DNA of 29,566 nucleotides from positions 1 through 29,566 of the forward strand of contig JAHLWH010000016.1 in NCBI GenBank assembly GCA_019058015.1, given 5' to 3'. The notes below the pieces were generated by a model. It was not told the DNA's origin. It worked only from the letters and a program-made list of their open reading frames with translations, and searched no databases. Shown in pieces: positions 1-9,348 of the stretch; positions within the stretch are counted from its first letter, which is position 1; each line of letters opens with the position of its first letter. Source of the stretch: Promethearchaeota archaeon (GTDB lineage: Archaea; Asgardarchaeota; Lokiarchaeia; Sigyniarchaeales; SOKP01). The translations under genes were made by a program, and so were the position numbers.

Positions 1-890
1 ACTCCCGCTTTAGCCATTGCTTTTAAACCCTTATCATTTGATTTCAATAAATGTCCTGCTTGAACTGCGTTTAATTTTGCTGCCAATAAAGCTCCATTTG
101 TATCTACAATCTCATCTATATGAATTTGAGGTTTTAATCCATATTTTTCTGCAGCATTTATTATTTTCTGAGTTTGTTCGATTGAAAATATCCCGTCTTC
201 ACAGAATACATCACAGAACTCTGCTAAACCCTCACTAGCAATTTTGGGGATCATTTCTGAAATTATTAAGTCAACATAATCATCCGTTCTCCCTTTGTAT
301 TCTGGTGGTATTGCGTGTGCACCTAAAAAGGTTGAAACAACATCTAATGGGTGTTCTTTGTTAAGGATGTGCGCCGCTTTTAATGATTTTATTTCGCTAT
401 CGAGTGAAAGTCCATAACCAGATTTCGTTTCAACTGTTGTTGTACCATAATTCATCATTCTATCTAAGATTTTTTTGCCGTTTTCAACTAATTTCTCAAG
501 AGAGGCTCTTCTGGTCTCTCGAACAGTTTTTAGTATTCCACCTCCTGCCTCGAGAATCTCGAGATACGTTTTTCCAGCAAGCTTCATTGATAATTCACTT
601 TCTCTTGAACCGTCAAATATGATATGGGTATGTGGGTCTATAAATCCAGGAGTAACTAATTTGTTAGTGGCATCGATCTTATTGTTTATTTGATCGTAAG
701 CATATTTAGACATTAGATCCTCGGTAGTTCCAACAAATATGATTTTATCATCTTTTACTGCTACCGCACCATCAAGAATAATTGCCAACTCTCCCATTTT
801 TTTACCAATTCTAGGCACTCCAAATTTTGAGTCCATAGTAACAAGTTGATTTGCATGGACAATTGCGAGATCTGGTTCATCATTCTTCAT
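1..890 (-). CDS. hutI: Imidazolonepropionase (3' end outside the window; missed by the ORF track)
   Basis: Manual translation from ATG at 890: MKNDEPDLAIVHANQLVTM...VTPGFIDPHTHIIFDGSRESE...GGGILKTV...GTTTVETKSGYGL...TFLGAHAIP...FCDVFCE...IHIDE. These are HutI amidohydrolase motifs, and the gene lies directly downstream of hutH. Confidence 0.96.
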   Translation of the reverse strand, partial: MKNDEPDLAIVHANQLVTMDSKFGVPRIGKKMGELAIILDGAVAVKDDKIIFVGTTEDLMSKYAYDQINNKIDATNKLVTPGFIDPHTHIIFDGSRESELSMKLAGKTYLEILEAGGGILKTVRETRRASLEKLVENGKKILDRMMNYGTTTVETKSGYGLSLDSEIKSLKAAHILNKEHPLDVVSTFLGAHAIPPEYKGRTDDYVDLIISEMIPKIASEGLAEFCDVFCEDGIFSIEQTQKIINAAEKYGLKPQIHIDEIVDTNGALLAAKLNAVQAGHLLKSNDKGLKAMAKAG

Positions 891-901
891 AATTGGCAGC
901 C

Positions 902-2413
902 CTATTGATTGCTTATTTTTAATAATTCATTGCTTTTAATAATTTCTATGGCTACTTCTATTAAATCAGAGAGGATTGTATCTTCTGTTAAATGGGGAAT
1001 TTTCTTTCGTATATATTCATGGCAAGCTTCTAATATCTTGCTTGATTTTAGAGGACTTCTAAAATCAAAAGCTTGCGCTGCGCATAAGAGTTCTATTGCA
1101 AGAATCTTTTCAACATTTTCAATTATTTGAAGCGTTTTTCTAGCACTAATAGCCCCCATACTTACATGATCTTCTTGACCCATAGATGTAGGGATACTAT
1201 CAGCACTAGCAGGAAAGCAGAGTGATTTACTTTCACTTGCAAGAGCCGCTGAACAATATTGGACCATCATAAATCCAGAGTTTAAACCAGATTCCTTAAT
1301 TAAATAAGGGGGTAATCCCCATTTCCCTTCCAAAAGAAGATATGTACGCCGGTCAGAGATGTTTCCAAGTTCAGAAGCTGCTAGACCTACATAATCTAAA
1401 GGTAATGCAAGTGGTTGTCCGTGGAAATTTCCTCCACTAATAGCATCTTCTTCATTAAAAATAATAGGGTTATCGGTAATGGAATTTAATTCACATTCCA
1501 ATTTTTCATTCAAATGCGATAAAGCATCCCTAGATGCACCATGAACTTGTGGCATACACCGAAGAGAATATGGATCCTGAATACGTTCACAATTTTTATG
1601 AGATTCTACAAATTCGGAATTCTCAAGAAATTTCCTTATTCTCTTAGCCACTATTTTAGCACCTTGATGTGGTCTTAATTCAATTAATCTCTCATCAAAA
1701 GGTTGGGGTGAACCTAAATAGCTTTCAAGACTGAGAGCACCAATTATATCCGCGTGATCTAAGCAATTTTTTAATTTTTCTGATACTTTTATTGCATGAG
1801 CTGCTATAAATTGCGTACCATTAATTAATGCTAAACTTTCTTTTGGGCTAAGTTTTAATGGGGGAATTTGATGTTGATTTAATATTTTTTCAGTTGGAAT
1901 TAAGGTTTTCCCATCAGTTGATAGATATCCCAAACCAATTAATGGTAAAAATAAATGAGCTAAAGGCGCGAGATCTCCCGACGCACCAACGGAACCTTGT
2001 TCAGGAACTAATGGTATATAATTTTTCTCAATATGCCAGAGTATTCTCTCAAGTATTTGTAATGATATTCCGGAATAGCCTTTACTTAATACATGTACCT
2101 TGAGAATAAGCATTAATTTTGAAATTTCTTGCTCTATTGGTGAGCCAACACCAACACTATGACTCTTAAGAATATTCTCTTGCAATTTACTAGTATCTTC
2201 TTTAGAAATTCTAGTTCTACATAAGGAACCAATTCCAGTATTAATACTATATACAAGTTTTTCACCCTGAGCAATAGATTGGACAATCTCATAACTTTTT
2301 AATATTTTAGTTTTAACCTCATCTGTTAATATCCCTTTTATCTGGTCCCTTGCCAATTTCAGCGCTTTTTCAATTGTAAGTTGATCTAAACCATATTTAA
2401 AATTGTCTTTCAT
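902..2413 (-). CDS. hutH: Histidine ammonia-lyase
   Basis: MIO-forming GSVGASGDLAPLAH, plus INGTQ, QDPYSLRCMPQVHGA, SGGNFHGQP and QEDHVSMG motifs. Lies between hutU and hutI, with a GGAG SD upstream. Confidence 0.95.
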   Translation of the reverse strand: MKDNFKYGLDQLTIEKALKLARDQIKGILTDEVKTKILKSYEIVQSIAQGEKLVYSINTGIGSLCRTRISKEDTSKLQENILKSHSVGVGSPIEQEISKLMLILKVHVLSKGYSGISLQILERILWHIEKNYIPLVPEQGSVGASGDLAPLAHLFLPLIGLGYLSTDGKTLIPTEKILNQHQIPPLKLSPKESLALINGTQFIAAHAIKVSEKLKNCLDHADIIGALSLESYLGSPQPFDERLIELRPHQGAKIVAKRIRKFLENSEFVESHKNCERIQDPYSLRCMPQVHGASRDALSHLNEKLECELNSITDNPIIFNEEDAISGGNFHGQPLALPLDYVGLAASELGNISDRRTYLLLEGKWGLPPYLIKESGLNSGFMMVQYCSAALASESKSLCFPASADSIPTSMGQEDHVSMGAISARKTLQIIENVEKILAIELLCAAQAFDFRSPLKSSKILEACHEYIRKKIPHLTEDTILSDLIEVAIEIIKSNELLKISNQ

Positions 2414-2470
2414 ATTCTCCGGCTCCTAAATATTGATAGATTTTTTAATGTGTTAATCGAATAATTTAAT

Positions 2471-4492
2471 TCATTTAAGCTTTTTTAAATAATTAATTAC
2501 TACTTCATCAACAAGATCATCTTGTGCTATGAATGGTAAGGTTATATGACCCCGTTCTTCATTTTCAGTATTCCAATTATAAGCAATTTCCATGGCATGC
2601 GGATTTCTTGCCCAACTTCTTCTACCTATTCCACCCATCACATCCCATTCTAATGCATTCTTTATAGTATTATCTACCTTTTCAGACCCATCTAATACCA
2701 GCCCAAAACCACCATTAAAGCATTTTCCAACACCTACACCTCCCCCGTTTGAGAGTACAGCCAAAGTCATGCCCCTTAAAGCATTTCCAGCAAAACAATG
2801 AACAGCCATTTCTGCCATAACATTGCTCCCATCTTTAATGTTGGATGTTTCTCTGAATGGGGAATCAGTACCAGAAACATCATGATGGTCTCTTCCAAGC
2901 ATTATAGGCCCGATTTCTCCTTTTCTTACCAATTCATTAAACTTTAGAGCAATATTAATTCTTTCTTTAGCATCGGCATATAATATTCTGGCTTTTGTCC
3001 CAACAACAAGATTATTTTTTTTCGCATCTCTTATCCAAATATAGTTGTCTCTATCTTGAGCTCGCCTTTCTGGATCAATGTAGCTCATTGCTGCATGGTC
3101 AGTTTTATCAAGATCCTCATTTTTTCCGGAGAGACATACCCATCTAAAAGGACCATACCCATAATCAAAGCATATAGGTCCCATAATATCTTCAACATAC
3201 GATGGAAAAATAAATCCTTCTGAAGTATCAACGCCGTTTTTAACAATCTCTCTGACACCTGCATCAAAAACCGCTTTCATAAATGAATTTCCATAATCCC
3301 AAAAGAAAGTTCCCTTATCTCGCATAATTTTTATTGATCTGAATTGTTCCTTTAAAGATTCATCTATTAGTTGTTTTAATTTTTTTGGGTCAGATTTTAT
3401 TAATCTCCTTCCTTCTTCAAAGCTAACCTGGTATGGTGTATAACCACCATTATATACAGCATGACAGGAAGTCTGGTCAGAAGCAAGTTCAACTTTGATC
3501 TTATTTTCAACCACATATTTCCAAAGATTAACAACATTTCCATAATACCCAATAGATATTGATGTACCTGATTTTTTTGCATCATCAACCCAATTGAAAA
3601 TCTCTTCTAGATCATTGGAATATTTTGAAAGCCATCCCTGGTCATGCCTTGTTTCGATCCTTGATTTTTCCACCTCTGCTATAACACCTATGCCCCCAGC
3701 TATCTCTACTGCTTTTGCTTGAGCTCCTGACATACCTCCAAGACCTGAACTAAGGTATATGACTCCCTTGAGGTCTTTATCGGTAGAGATTCCAAGATAA
3801 AGACGCCCAGCATTAAGCAAAGTGATATAAGTTCCATGAACTATGCCTTGTGGTCCGATATACATCCAACCTCCGGCGGTCATTTGCCCATAGTTCGCTA
3901 CTCCCAATGCTGCAGCCGTTGCAAAATTTTCTGGGTTATCGAACATTCCAACCATTAAACCATTTGTCGAGATCACCCTGGGTGCAGTGGGGAAGGTAGG
4001 AAATAATCCAACCGGATGTCCAGATGCCACGACAAGAGTTTGATTGGAAGTTAATTCTTCAAGATACATTTTCACAAGCCGGTACTGCATCCAATTTTGG
4101 TGAACTTGACCAGATTCTCCATATGTGACAAGTTCATAAGGATATAGAGCTACATCAAAATCAAGATTGTTATCAATCATAACTTGTAAAGCTTTCCCTT
4201 CAAGTGTTTTTCCTTTATATTCATCAACAGGCTTCGCTTTTATGTTTCCTTCTGGTCTAAATCTATAACCATAGATTCTACCTCTTGTAACCAGTTCATC
4301 CATAAATTCAGGGGCAATTTTTTCGTGTAGAGAGAATGGTATATATCGTAAAGCATTTTTCAAGGCTAATTTTGTTTGATTTTTATTGAGTCTATAACCG
4401 CGAGATGGTGCTCTTCTAATACCATCAATGAATTCGGGATATTTTGGGAGTATCTCGGGCAATTTAATTTTCATAGCTTTTGAAAGATCCAT
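2471..4492 (-). CDS. hutU: Urocanate hydratase (long ~670-aa type)
   Basis: YGQMTAGGWMYIGPQGIVHGT, SGLGGMSGAQ, SDQTSCH, GYGPFRWVCLSG, GRDHHDVSGTDSPFRET and NGGGVG motifs. GGTGA SD upstream. Confidence 0.97.
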   Translation of the reverse strand: MDLSKAMKIKLPEILPKYPEFIDGIRRAPSRGYRLNKNQTKLALKNALRYIPFSLHEKIAPEFMDELVTRGRIYGYRFRPEGNIKAKPVDEYKGKTLEGKALQVMIDNNLDFDVALYPYELVTYGESGQVHQNWMQYRLVKMYLEELTSNQTLVVASGHPVGLFPTFPTAPRVISTNGLMVGMFDNPENFATAAALGVANYGQMTAGGWMYIGPQGIVHGTYITLLNAGRLYLGISTDKDLKGVIYLSSGLGGMSGAQAKAVEIAGGIGVIAEVEKSRIETRHDQGWLSKYSNDLEEIFNWVDDAKKSGTSISIGYYGNVVNLWKYVVENKIKVELASDQTSCHAVYNGGYTPYQVSFEEGRRLIKSDPKKLKQLIDESLKEQFRSIKIMRDKGTFFWDYGNSFMKAVFDAGVREIVKNGVDTSEGFIFPSYVEDIMGPICFDYGYGPFRWVCLSGKNEDLDKTDHAAMSYIDPERRAQDRDNYIWIRDAKKNNLVVGTKARILYADAKERINIALKFNELVRKGEIGPIMLGRDHHDVSGTDSPFRETSNIKDGSNVMAEMAVHCFAGNALRGMTLAVLSNGGGVGVGKCFNGGFGLVLDGSEKVDNTIKNALEWDVMGGIGRRSWARNPHAMEIAYNWNTENEERGHITLPFIAQDDLVDEVVINYLKKLK

Positions 4493-4639
4493 ATTTTTTA
4501 ATTATCACCATCCAGTATTTGAATTTTATTATTTCTTTTTTTAAAGACACTAAAGTGCTAACCAAACGGGAAAAAAAGGCTATGAAAAAATTAATAAAAT
4601 ATTTAACATTTAAAAGCAGAAAAAAGTAAATATACAGTT

Positions 4640-5422
4640 TTGAAAGAACTTAATCGGCAAATTATCGAAATTGAGCAGATTGCTAGTCATGCTTGGCCAG
4701 CTCATGAAGTTCAGTATTTGGGTGGATGGATACTTCGAGCCAGTTATGGGATTACTCATAGGGCAAATAGTACATTAATTCTTGACGAGCTACCCGAGGG
4801 AGATATCGATTCATCTATCCAAATTATTCGTGAATTCTATATTAGCCGAGGTTTACCACCAAGATTTCAATTAACGAATGCAAGTGTGCCTGCTAATATT
4901 GACCGTAAAATTGCTGATTTGGGTTTTATCTTAGAAATGAAAGTTAATGTGCAAATTATATCCCTGGATTCTCTGATCCAAGGTATGTCTCCATTCCGTG
5001 TAGAAATTCATCCGGCTCCTCAGCAAGACTGGCTTTCTACATATGCAGCTGTTGGAGATTATGATTCTTTCTCTTTAGGAATTAGGAAAGTCATTATGAT
5101 ACGTGTTGTGCAGAAAAAAGCGTATGCATCAGCCCTCTTTAAAGGCAAGGTTGTCGGTGTGGGATTTGGTGTGGCTGAGCGTGGTTGGCTTGGATTATTT
5201 GCGATAAGCACTCTAACTCAGTTTCGATGTAAAGGAATAGCAACTGCTATTACACGCACTCTCGCCCAATGGGGATTATCTAAGGGAGCTACCCATGCCT
5301 ATCTCCTAGTTGAACAGAAGAATGAACTTGCAAATGCCCTTTATAACCATTTAGGTTTCCAAAATCTCTATTACTATTGGTACAGATTGGAACAAGGCAG
5401 CAATGAAATTAATTCTAAATGA
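4640..5422 (+). CDS. GNAT family N-acetyltransferase
   Basis: AWPA...GGWILR...G.THRANS N-terminus, C-terminal GNAT motif A (FRCKGIA), and AYLLVEQKN..A.ALY..LGF. Confidence 0.88.
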   Translation: MKELNRQIIEIEQIASHAWPAHEVQYLGGWILRASYGITHRANSTLILDELPEGDIDSSIQIIREFYISRGLPPRFQLTNASVPANIDRKIADLGFILEMKVNVQIISLDSLIQGMSPFRVEIHPAPQQDWLSTYAAVGDYDSFSLGIRKVIMIRVVQKKAYASALFKGKVVGVGFGVAERGWLGLFAISTLTQFRCKGIATAITRTLAQWGLSKGATHAYLLVEQKNELANALYNHLGFQNLYYYWYRLEQGSNEINSK

Positions 5423-5458
5423 GATACTCTACTTAAGGTAAAGAAAATTAATTTATTT

Positions 5459-5881
5459 TTATTTTAAAAGAGAATCGATAATTATTTTTTTATGATCGAA
5501 TGCTAATTCCATTGACTCAATATTTTTGATGGGAACTAATTCCAAATCCATAGCATCAGTTTTAGCCATGGGTTTTTCGTTCAATGTTAATGGCTTACAT
5601 AGATATGAAATTGTCACAGTATGTCCTCTTGGATCTCGCTCGGGATCAGAATAAACTCCTGTTAGTCTTATAATTTTGATATGGATATTTGTCTCTTCAA
5701 AAGTTTCCCTTATACAAGCTTCTTCCGTGGTTTCTCCAATTTCTACAAAACCACCGGGCAAAGCGTATTGATCTTGAAATGGTGGATTTTTCCTTTTAAT
5801 AAGTATAATTTTTTCATCTGGCATTTTTATGACAGCATCAACCGTTAAAAGTGGTGTAATGGGTTTAGGCATATTTTTCAC
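5459..5881 (-). CDS. Nudix hydrolase (ADP-ribose pyrophosphatase-like)
   Basis: Nudix box GGFVEIGETTEEACIRETFEETNI, plus YSDPERDPRGH and LAFDH. Start is GTG 5881 or ATG 5872. Confidence 0.92.
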   Translation of the reverse strand: MKNMPKPITPLLTVDAVIKMPDEKIILIKRKNPPFQDQYALPGGFVEIGETTEEACIRETFEETNIHIKIIRLTGVYSDPERDPRGHTVTISYLCKPLTLNEKPMAKTDAMDLELVPIKNIESMELAFDHKKIIIDSLLK

Positions 5882-5901
5882 TTTATTTTAAAAATTTATT
5901 T

Positions 5902-6990
5902 TTAAATTCCAGAAATTTTTGTTAAGGCTTCCGGTTTATCACAATTAAGACCTTTTTTTTTTGAAAGTTCTAAAGTTAATAATTGTATCGGAATGATTGA
6001 TAAAAAGGGACGCAAATCTGGCAATGTTAGAGGAATTTTTAATTGAAAATCAACTAATTGGGAATCTACACCACTGGATATTCCTACAATTGTTGGATTT
6101 CTTTTCTTCATCTTGTTTATTAATTTAATCATGTGTTCTTTTCTTGTATCATTTTGTGATGGAATAATAGTTAAAATCCAAACACCAAACTCCGCCAATA
6201 TTATTGGCCCATGGGGAAACTCGGCAGTTGGAAATTCGTCTGCAAAAATTTGGGCTCCTTCTTTTAATTTTAAAGCTCCTTCTTTCGCTGTAGCAAAATC
6301 GGAACCTGATCCCAGGACAAAACAGCGATCGGTTAGTTCAAAATTTGATATTAATGTTTTTACTTCTTTATGAGATTTAGGAATTAATTTTTCTATTTTG
6401 TTTGGAAGCGAAAGCAGCTCATTCCAATATGAAGTATATATATCATCAGAAATTTTATTTAAGTATTTAGCAATTTCAAGAGCAAATGCTGTAAGAACAC
6501 CCAATTCCGCAATATATGTTTTTGTAGCCATCACACTTATTTCTTTTTCACATTTAGTAAAAATACAATAATCTGTGATTTTAGCTAATTTTGAATCTGG
6601 GTTATTTGTAACACATACTGTTGGAATATTTTTCTCATTTCCATATTCGATAGTTCTAATTGTACCTTTAGATTCACCGCTTTGAGAAAGACCAATTATT
6701 AAATCATTTTCATTAATAATTGATTCAATTAAATATGGAAATTCAGGTGCAAATTCAGCAGAGGAATAAATTTTTACTAAATTATTAAATAAATATTGCG
6801 CAAAGAAGCCTGAATGATAAGACGTGCCTGATCCAGTTAAAAATATTCTTTTTTTTTGAGTTTTAAAAATTTTTTTAGTAATATCTTTTATTATATCTTT
6901 TTGTTCTAATGTTTTTTTTAATGCTCCGGGTGTATCGTATATTTCTTTAAGAGTGTATTTGCCAAGATTATTTGAATTTTCAGTATTCAT
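5902..6990 (-). CDS. Tandem SIS-domain protein, GlmS isomerase-like without a glutaminase domain (putative glucosamine-6-P deaminase/phosphosugar isomerase)
   Basis: GSGTSYHS, SQSGES, VMATKTY, EGALKLKE, EFPHGP and DKPEALTK motifs. No N-terminal Cys glutaminase domain. Confidence 0.85.
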   Translation of the reverse strand: MNTENSNNLGKYTLKEIYDTPGALKKTLEQKDIIKDITKKIFKTQKKRIFLTGSGTSYHSGFFAQYLFNNLVKIYSSAEFAPEFPYLIESIINENDLIIGLSQSGESKGTIRTIEYGNEKNIPTVCVTNNPDSKLAKITDYCIFTKCEKEISVMATKTYIAELGVLTAFALEIAKYLNKISDDIYTSYWNELLSLPNKIEKLIPKSHKEVKTLISNFELTDRCFVLGSGSDFATAKEGALKLKEGAQIFADEFPTAEFPHGPIILAEFGVWILTIIPSQNDTRKEHMIKLINKMKKRNPTIVGISSGVDSQLVDFQLKIPLTLPDLRPFLSIIPIQLLTLELSKKKGLNCDKPEALTKISGI

Positions 6991-7088
6991 CTTGTTTTAA
7001 ATCATATTATTAAAAAAACTTCGTTATATTTTTAGAAATTATTAGCATATTAAATATATTTATTTTATTTAAAATAATACCATATTTA

Positions 7089-7991
7089 ATGAGTAAAAAA
7101 GTAGATACATCCCCCTTAGATATTGAAACTGCTGATATCTTCTTGAAAAAATTGTATGAAGTAATTTATAAATTATCAACCTTCTCTAAAACTCAATTCC
7201 CCAGATTCACAAAATTATGGAATATTTACCTTTTTAAAAGTAAAATAAACCCTCATATTCCAAGACAAATAAAATTAAATAAGGAGAAATTCTTAACCGA
7301 TAATGAATATAAAGCTCAAATTCTTAGAATTACAGAAAATGCTATTGTTGATATTTTTTATTCTATTCGTTCTATTGTTAAGGCATTATATAATAAAATT
7401 TTTCCCAATCCAGATTTATTCCTTAAAGATTTTTCCGAAGATGATCAAAAGATTTTACCTTATCTTTGTGCAAAAGATTTATATGGTAAGCTCCTTGAAT
7501 TTCTTAAGTTAGAACACAACATAACATCGACAAAATATTTGATTATTGGAAAAAATTACTTATTATTAAAATTAAACGGAATGAGCAATGCCGAAATTCT
7601 CAATAGCCTAGAAAAGTCAGAAATATCAATAAAATACTATAAGTTAAATAAAATAATGCAAGAAATTGAAGGGGAAAGAATTATTAAGGTGGAGAGGAAA
7701 GGCAGAACTAAAATCTATACATTAAAGAATGATTTAGTTCTAAGCTCTGATGGACAAAAAAAGTATAATCAGTTTTTTCACCCTCTTTTAGAATGGTCTA
7801 CACTGATTTGGCGTAGTTTTTTCAATATCCGGGAATTAAATATCTCCCCACCTTCGGAATATAAATGGTGTACATATTTAGAAAAAGTCTTACCACGAGC
7901 CGCTACTCAAGGATTTAATGCGACTCATTATGTTATGAAAAATTTGGCTAAATATTATGAAATGCTTATAAAGGAAGAGAATGAAGAATAA
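7089..7991 (+). CDS. Hypothetical protein with a possible internal winged-helix domain
   Basis: 300-aa ORF. The segment MSNAEILNSL...LNKIMQEIEGERIIKVERKGRTKIYTL resembles a helix-turn-helix with a wing. Divergent from the SIS/Nudix genes. Confidence 0.6.
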   Translation: MSKKVDTSPLDIETADIFLKKLYEVIYKLSTFSKTQFPRFTKLWNIYLFKSKINPHIPRQIKLNKEKFLTDNEYKAQILRITENAIVDIFYSIRSIVKALYNKIFPNPDLFLKDFSEDDQKILPYLCAKDLYGKLLEFLKLEHNITSTKYLIIGKNYLLLKLNGMSNAEILNSLEKSEISIKYYKLNKIMQEIEGERIIKVERKGRTKIYTLKNDLVLSSDGQKKYNQFFHPLLEWSTLIWRSFFNIRELNISPPSEYKWCTYLEKVLPRAATQGFNATHYVMKNLAKYYEMLIKEENEE

Positions 7992-8111
7992 TTTCATTTT
8001 CAAAAAAAAAATTGTTCAGAATATATAGAAAAATAAAAAGGCTAAGATATAATAATCAGTATCAATAAATTGAATCTTTCGAAACTAATTAATCTAATAA
8101 TATAACTACTT

Positions 8112-9179
8112 TTATGTTGTTATTTTGGATGGAACATTAGCAAAATATTTTTCCACCAACTCAATTGCTGAACTGAATTGGTCAGCTCTATAAACCTTAT
8201 TAGTTATTTTTTGGGTATATTTTTTTTCAAATTCATATGTAAATTTTTCAACGCATTCAACCAGAAATTTTGAAGATTTGGAAGATAATAAACCCACAGT
8301 AATATTTTCCGATTTTTTAAAAATTAAAATTCCATCAGTTAATGCAATTTGTTCCATATCTCCTTTTTTTAACACTTCAATACTACATTTTTGAAGTGCG
8401 AATAATAATCCCGAGTATATTTCATTATCCATCTTATCATCTAACCAATTAAAATTAAATAAAGAGACACCAGATCTTCCATGAATAACAACCAGGCGAT
8501 GCGCTGTAAAAGGTAAGACGTAAAGGATTTTCGGTTCCTTTATGATTACAATTGCTATTATTAAAAATCCTGTCCCAACAAAGAAAATACCTATTGGCAT
8601 GCCTAATAAATACTGAATTGACCATACAAAATAGCCAGTAATTGTAAAAAAAGTTCCAATGAATAAAATTAATGCTGGTTTTATTATACTTTTTGGGCCC
8701 TTAAAGATTATTCTTAAACTCCAGTAATTAGCCGAAAGTGCATAAAACATTAACCCAAAATTTCCTATAAAACTAAGAATTCCTGATGTTTTTAATGATG
8801 CGTAACCGAATCCAAAAAAATATATAATCGAATCAGGTTGAAAAATGAAAATCCATACCAAACTAGTTAATGAACACATAAGTCCAATTATAATGGGGCT
8901 AATGACATCACTTGATGAACGATTAATAAAGATTAAAAAAAAGAACATGCCTGATAAACCCAAAAAATGAGTCAGACGATAAAGATCAAAACTCAAGAAT
9001 AGGAATGATAAACTGGTGAAAAAGAAAAAAAAACAAAAACTTAAAAATGATATGAATAAATACAGAGCCGATTTATTTTTTTTGGAAAATGCATTCCAAC
9101 CGACTATAATCGCACAGATTAAAATCATTAAAGCACCAAAAAGATACCAAGTAACTTCGGCTGTCCAATTTAATGACAC
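8112..9179 (-). CDS. Seven-TM membrane protein with a C-terminal soluble longin/roadblock-like domain
   Basis: Seven hydrophobic segments in aa 1-215. These are followed by LVVIHGRSGVSLF...IYSGLLFALQ...EV...GDMEQIAL..GILIF.....TVGLL...FTYEFEKKY, a beta-beta-alpha-beta-beta-beta-alpha pattern. Confidence 0.72.
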   Translation of the reverse strand: MSLNWTAEVTWYLFGALMILICAIIVGWNAFSKKNKSALYLFISFLSFCFFFFFTSLSFLFLSFDLYRLTHFLGLSGMFFFLIFINRSSSDVISPIIIGLMCSLTSLVWIFIFQPDSIIYFFGFGYASLKTSGILSFIGNFGLMFYALSANYWSLRIIFKGPKSIIKPALILFIGTFFTITGYFVWSIQYLLGMPIGIFFVGTGFLIIAIVIIKEPKILYVLPFTAHRLVVIHGRSGVSLFNFNWLDDKMDNEIYSGLLFALQKCSIEVLKKGDMEQIALTDGILIFKKSENITVGLLSSKSSKFLVECVEKFTYEFEKKYTQKITNKVYRADQFSSAIELVEKYFANVPSKITT

Positions 9180-9348
9180 TTTATACCCTACTCCAAAAAA
9201 TATATAGATAATTTTTAAAGATAAATTATTGTTATTATAAAAAAATTAATTTTCTTTTTTTGTTTTCAATAAAAGATGGTTAATTCTCCCTTAAAAAAGC
9301 TTACTATAACAAATTATGAGGAGATGCATTAGAAAAAAAGAGATTTTT

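Noticed and set aside
17-693. Three short + strand ORFs (17-238, 383-622, 475-693)
   Set aside because: They are antisense shadows of hutI, which occupies the minus strand.
885-904. Readthrough of the hutH TAG would end at a TGA overlapping the hutI ATG
   Set aside because: This is a single instance that is plausible by chance. HutH is already full length, so it is not evidence of recoding on its own.
909-3588. Short ORFs overlapping hutH and hutU
   Set aside because: Antisense or alternate-frame shadows with no motifs.
9016-9040. Poly-A tract as a phase-variation site
   Set aside because: It encodes a Phe-rich TM helix on the minus strand, the frame is intact, and such runs are common in this window.
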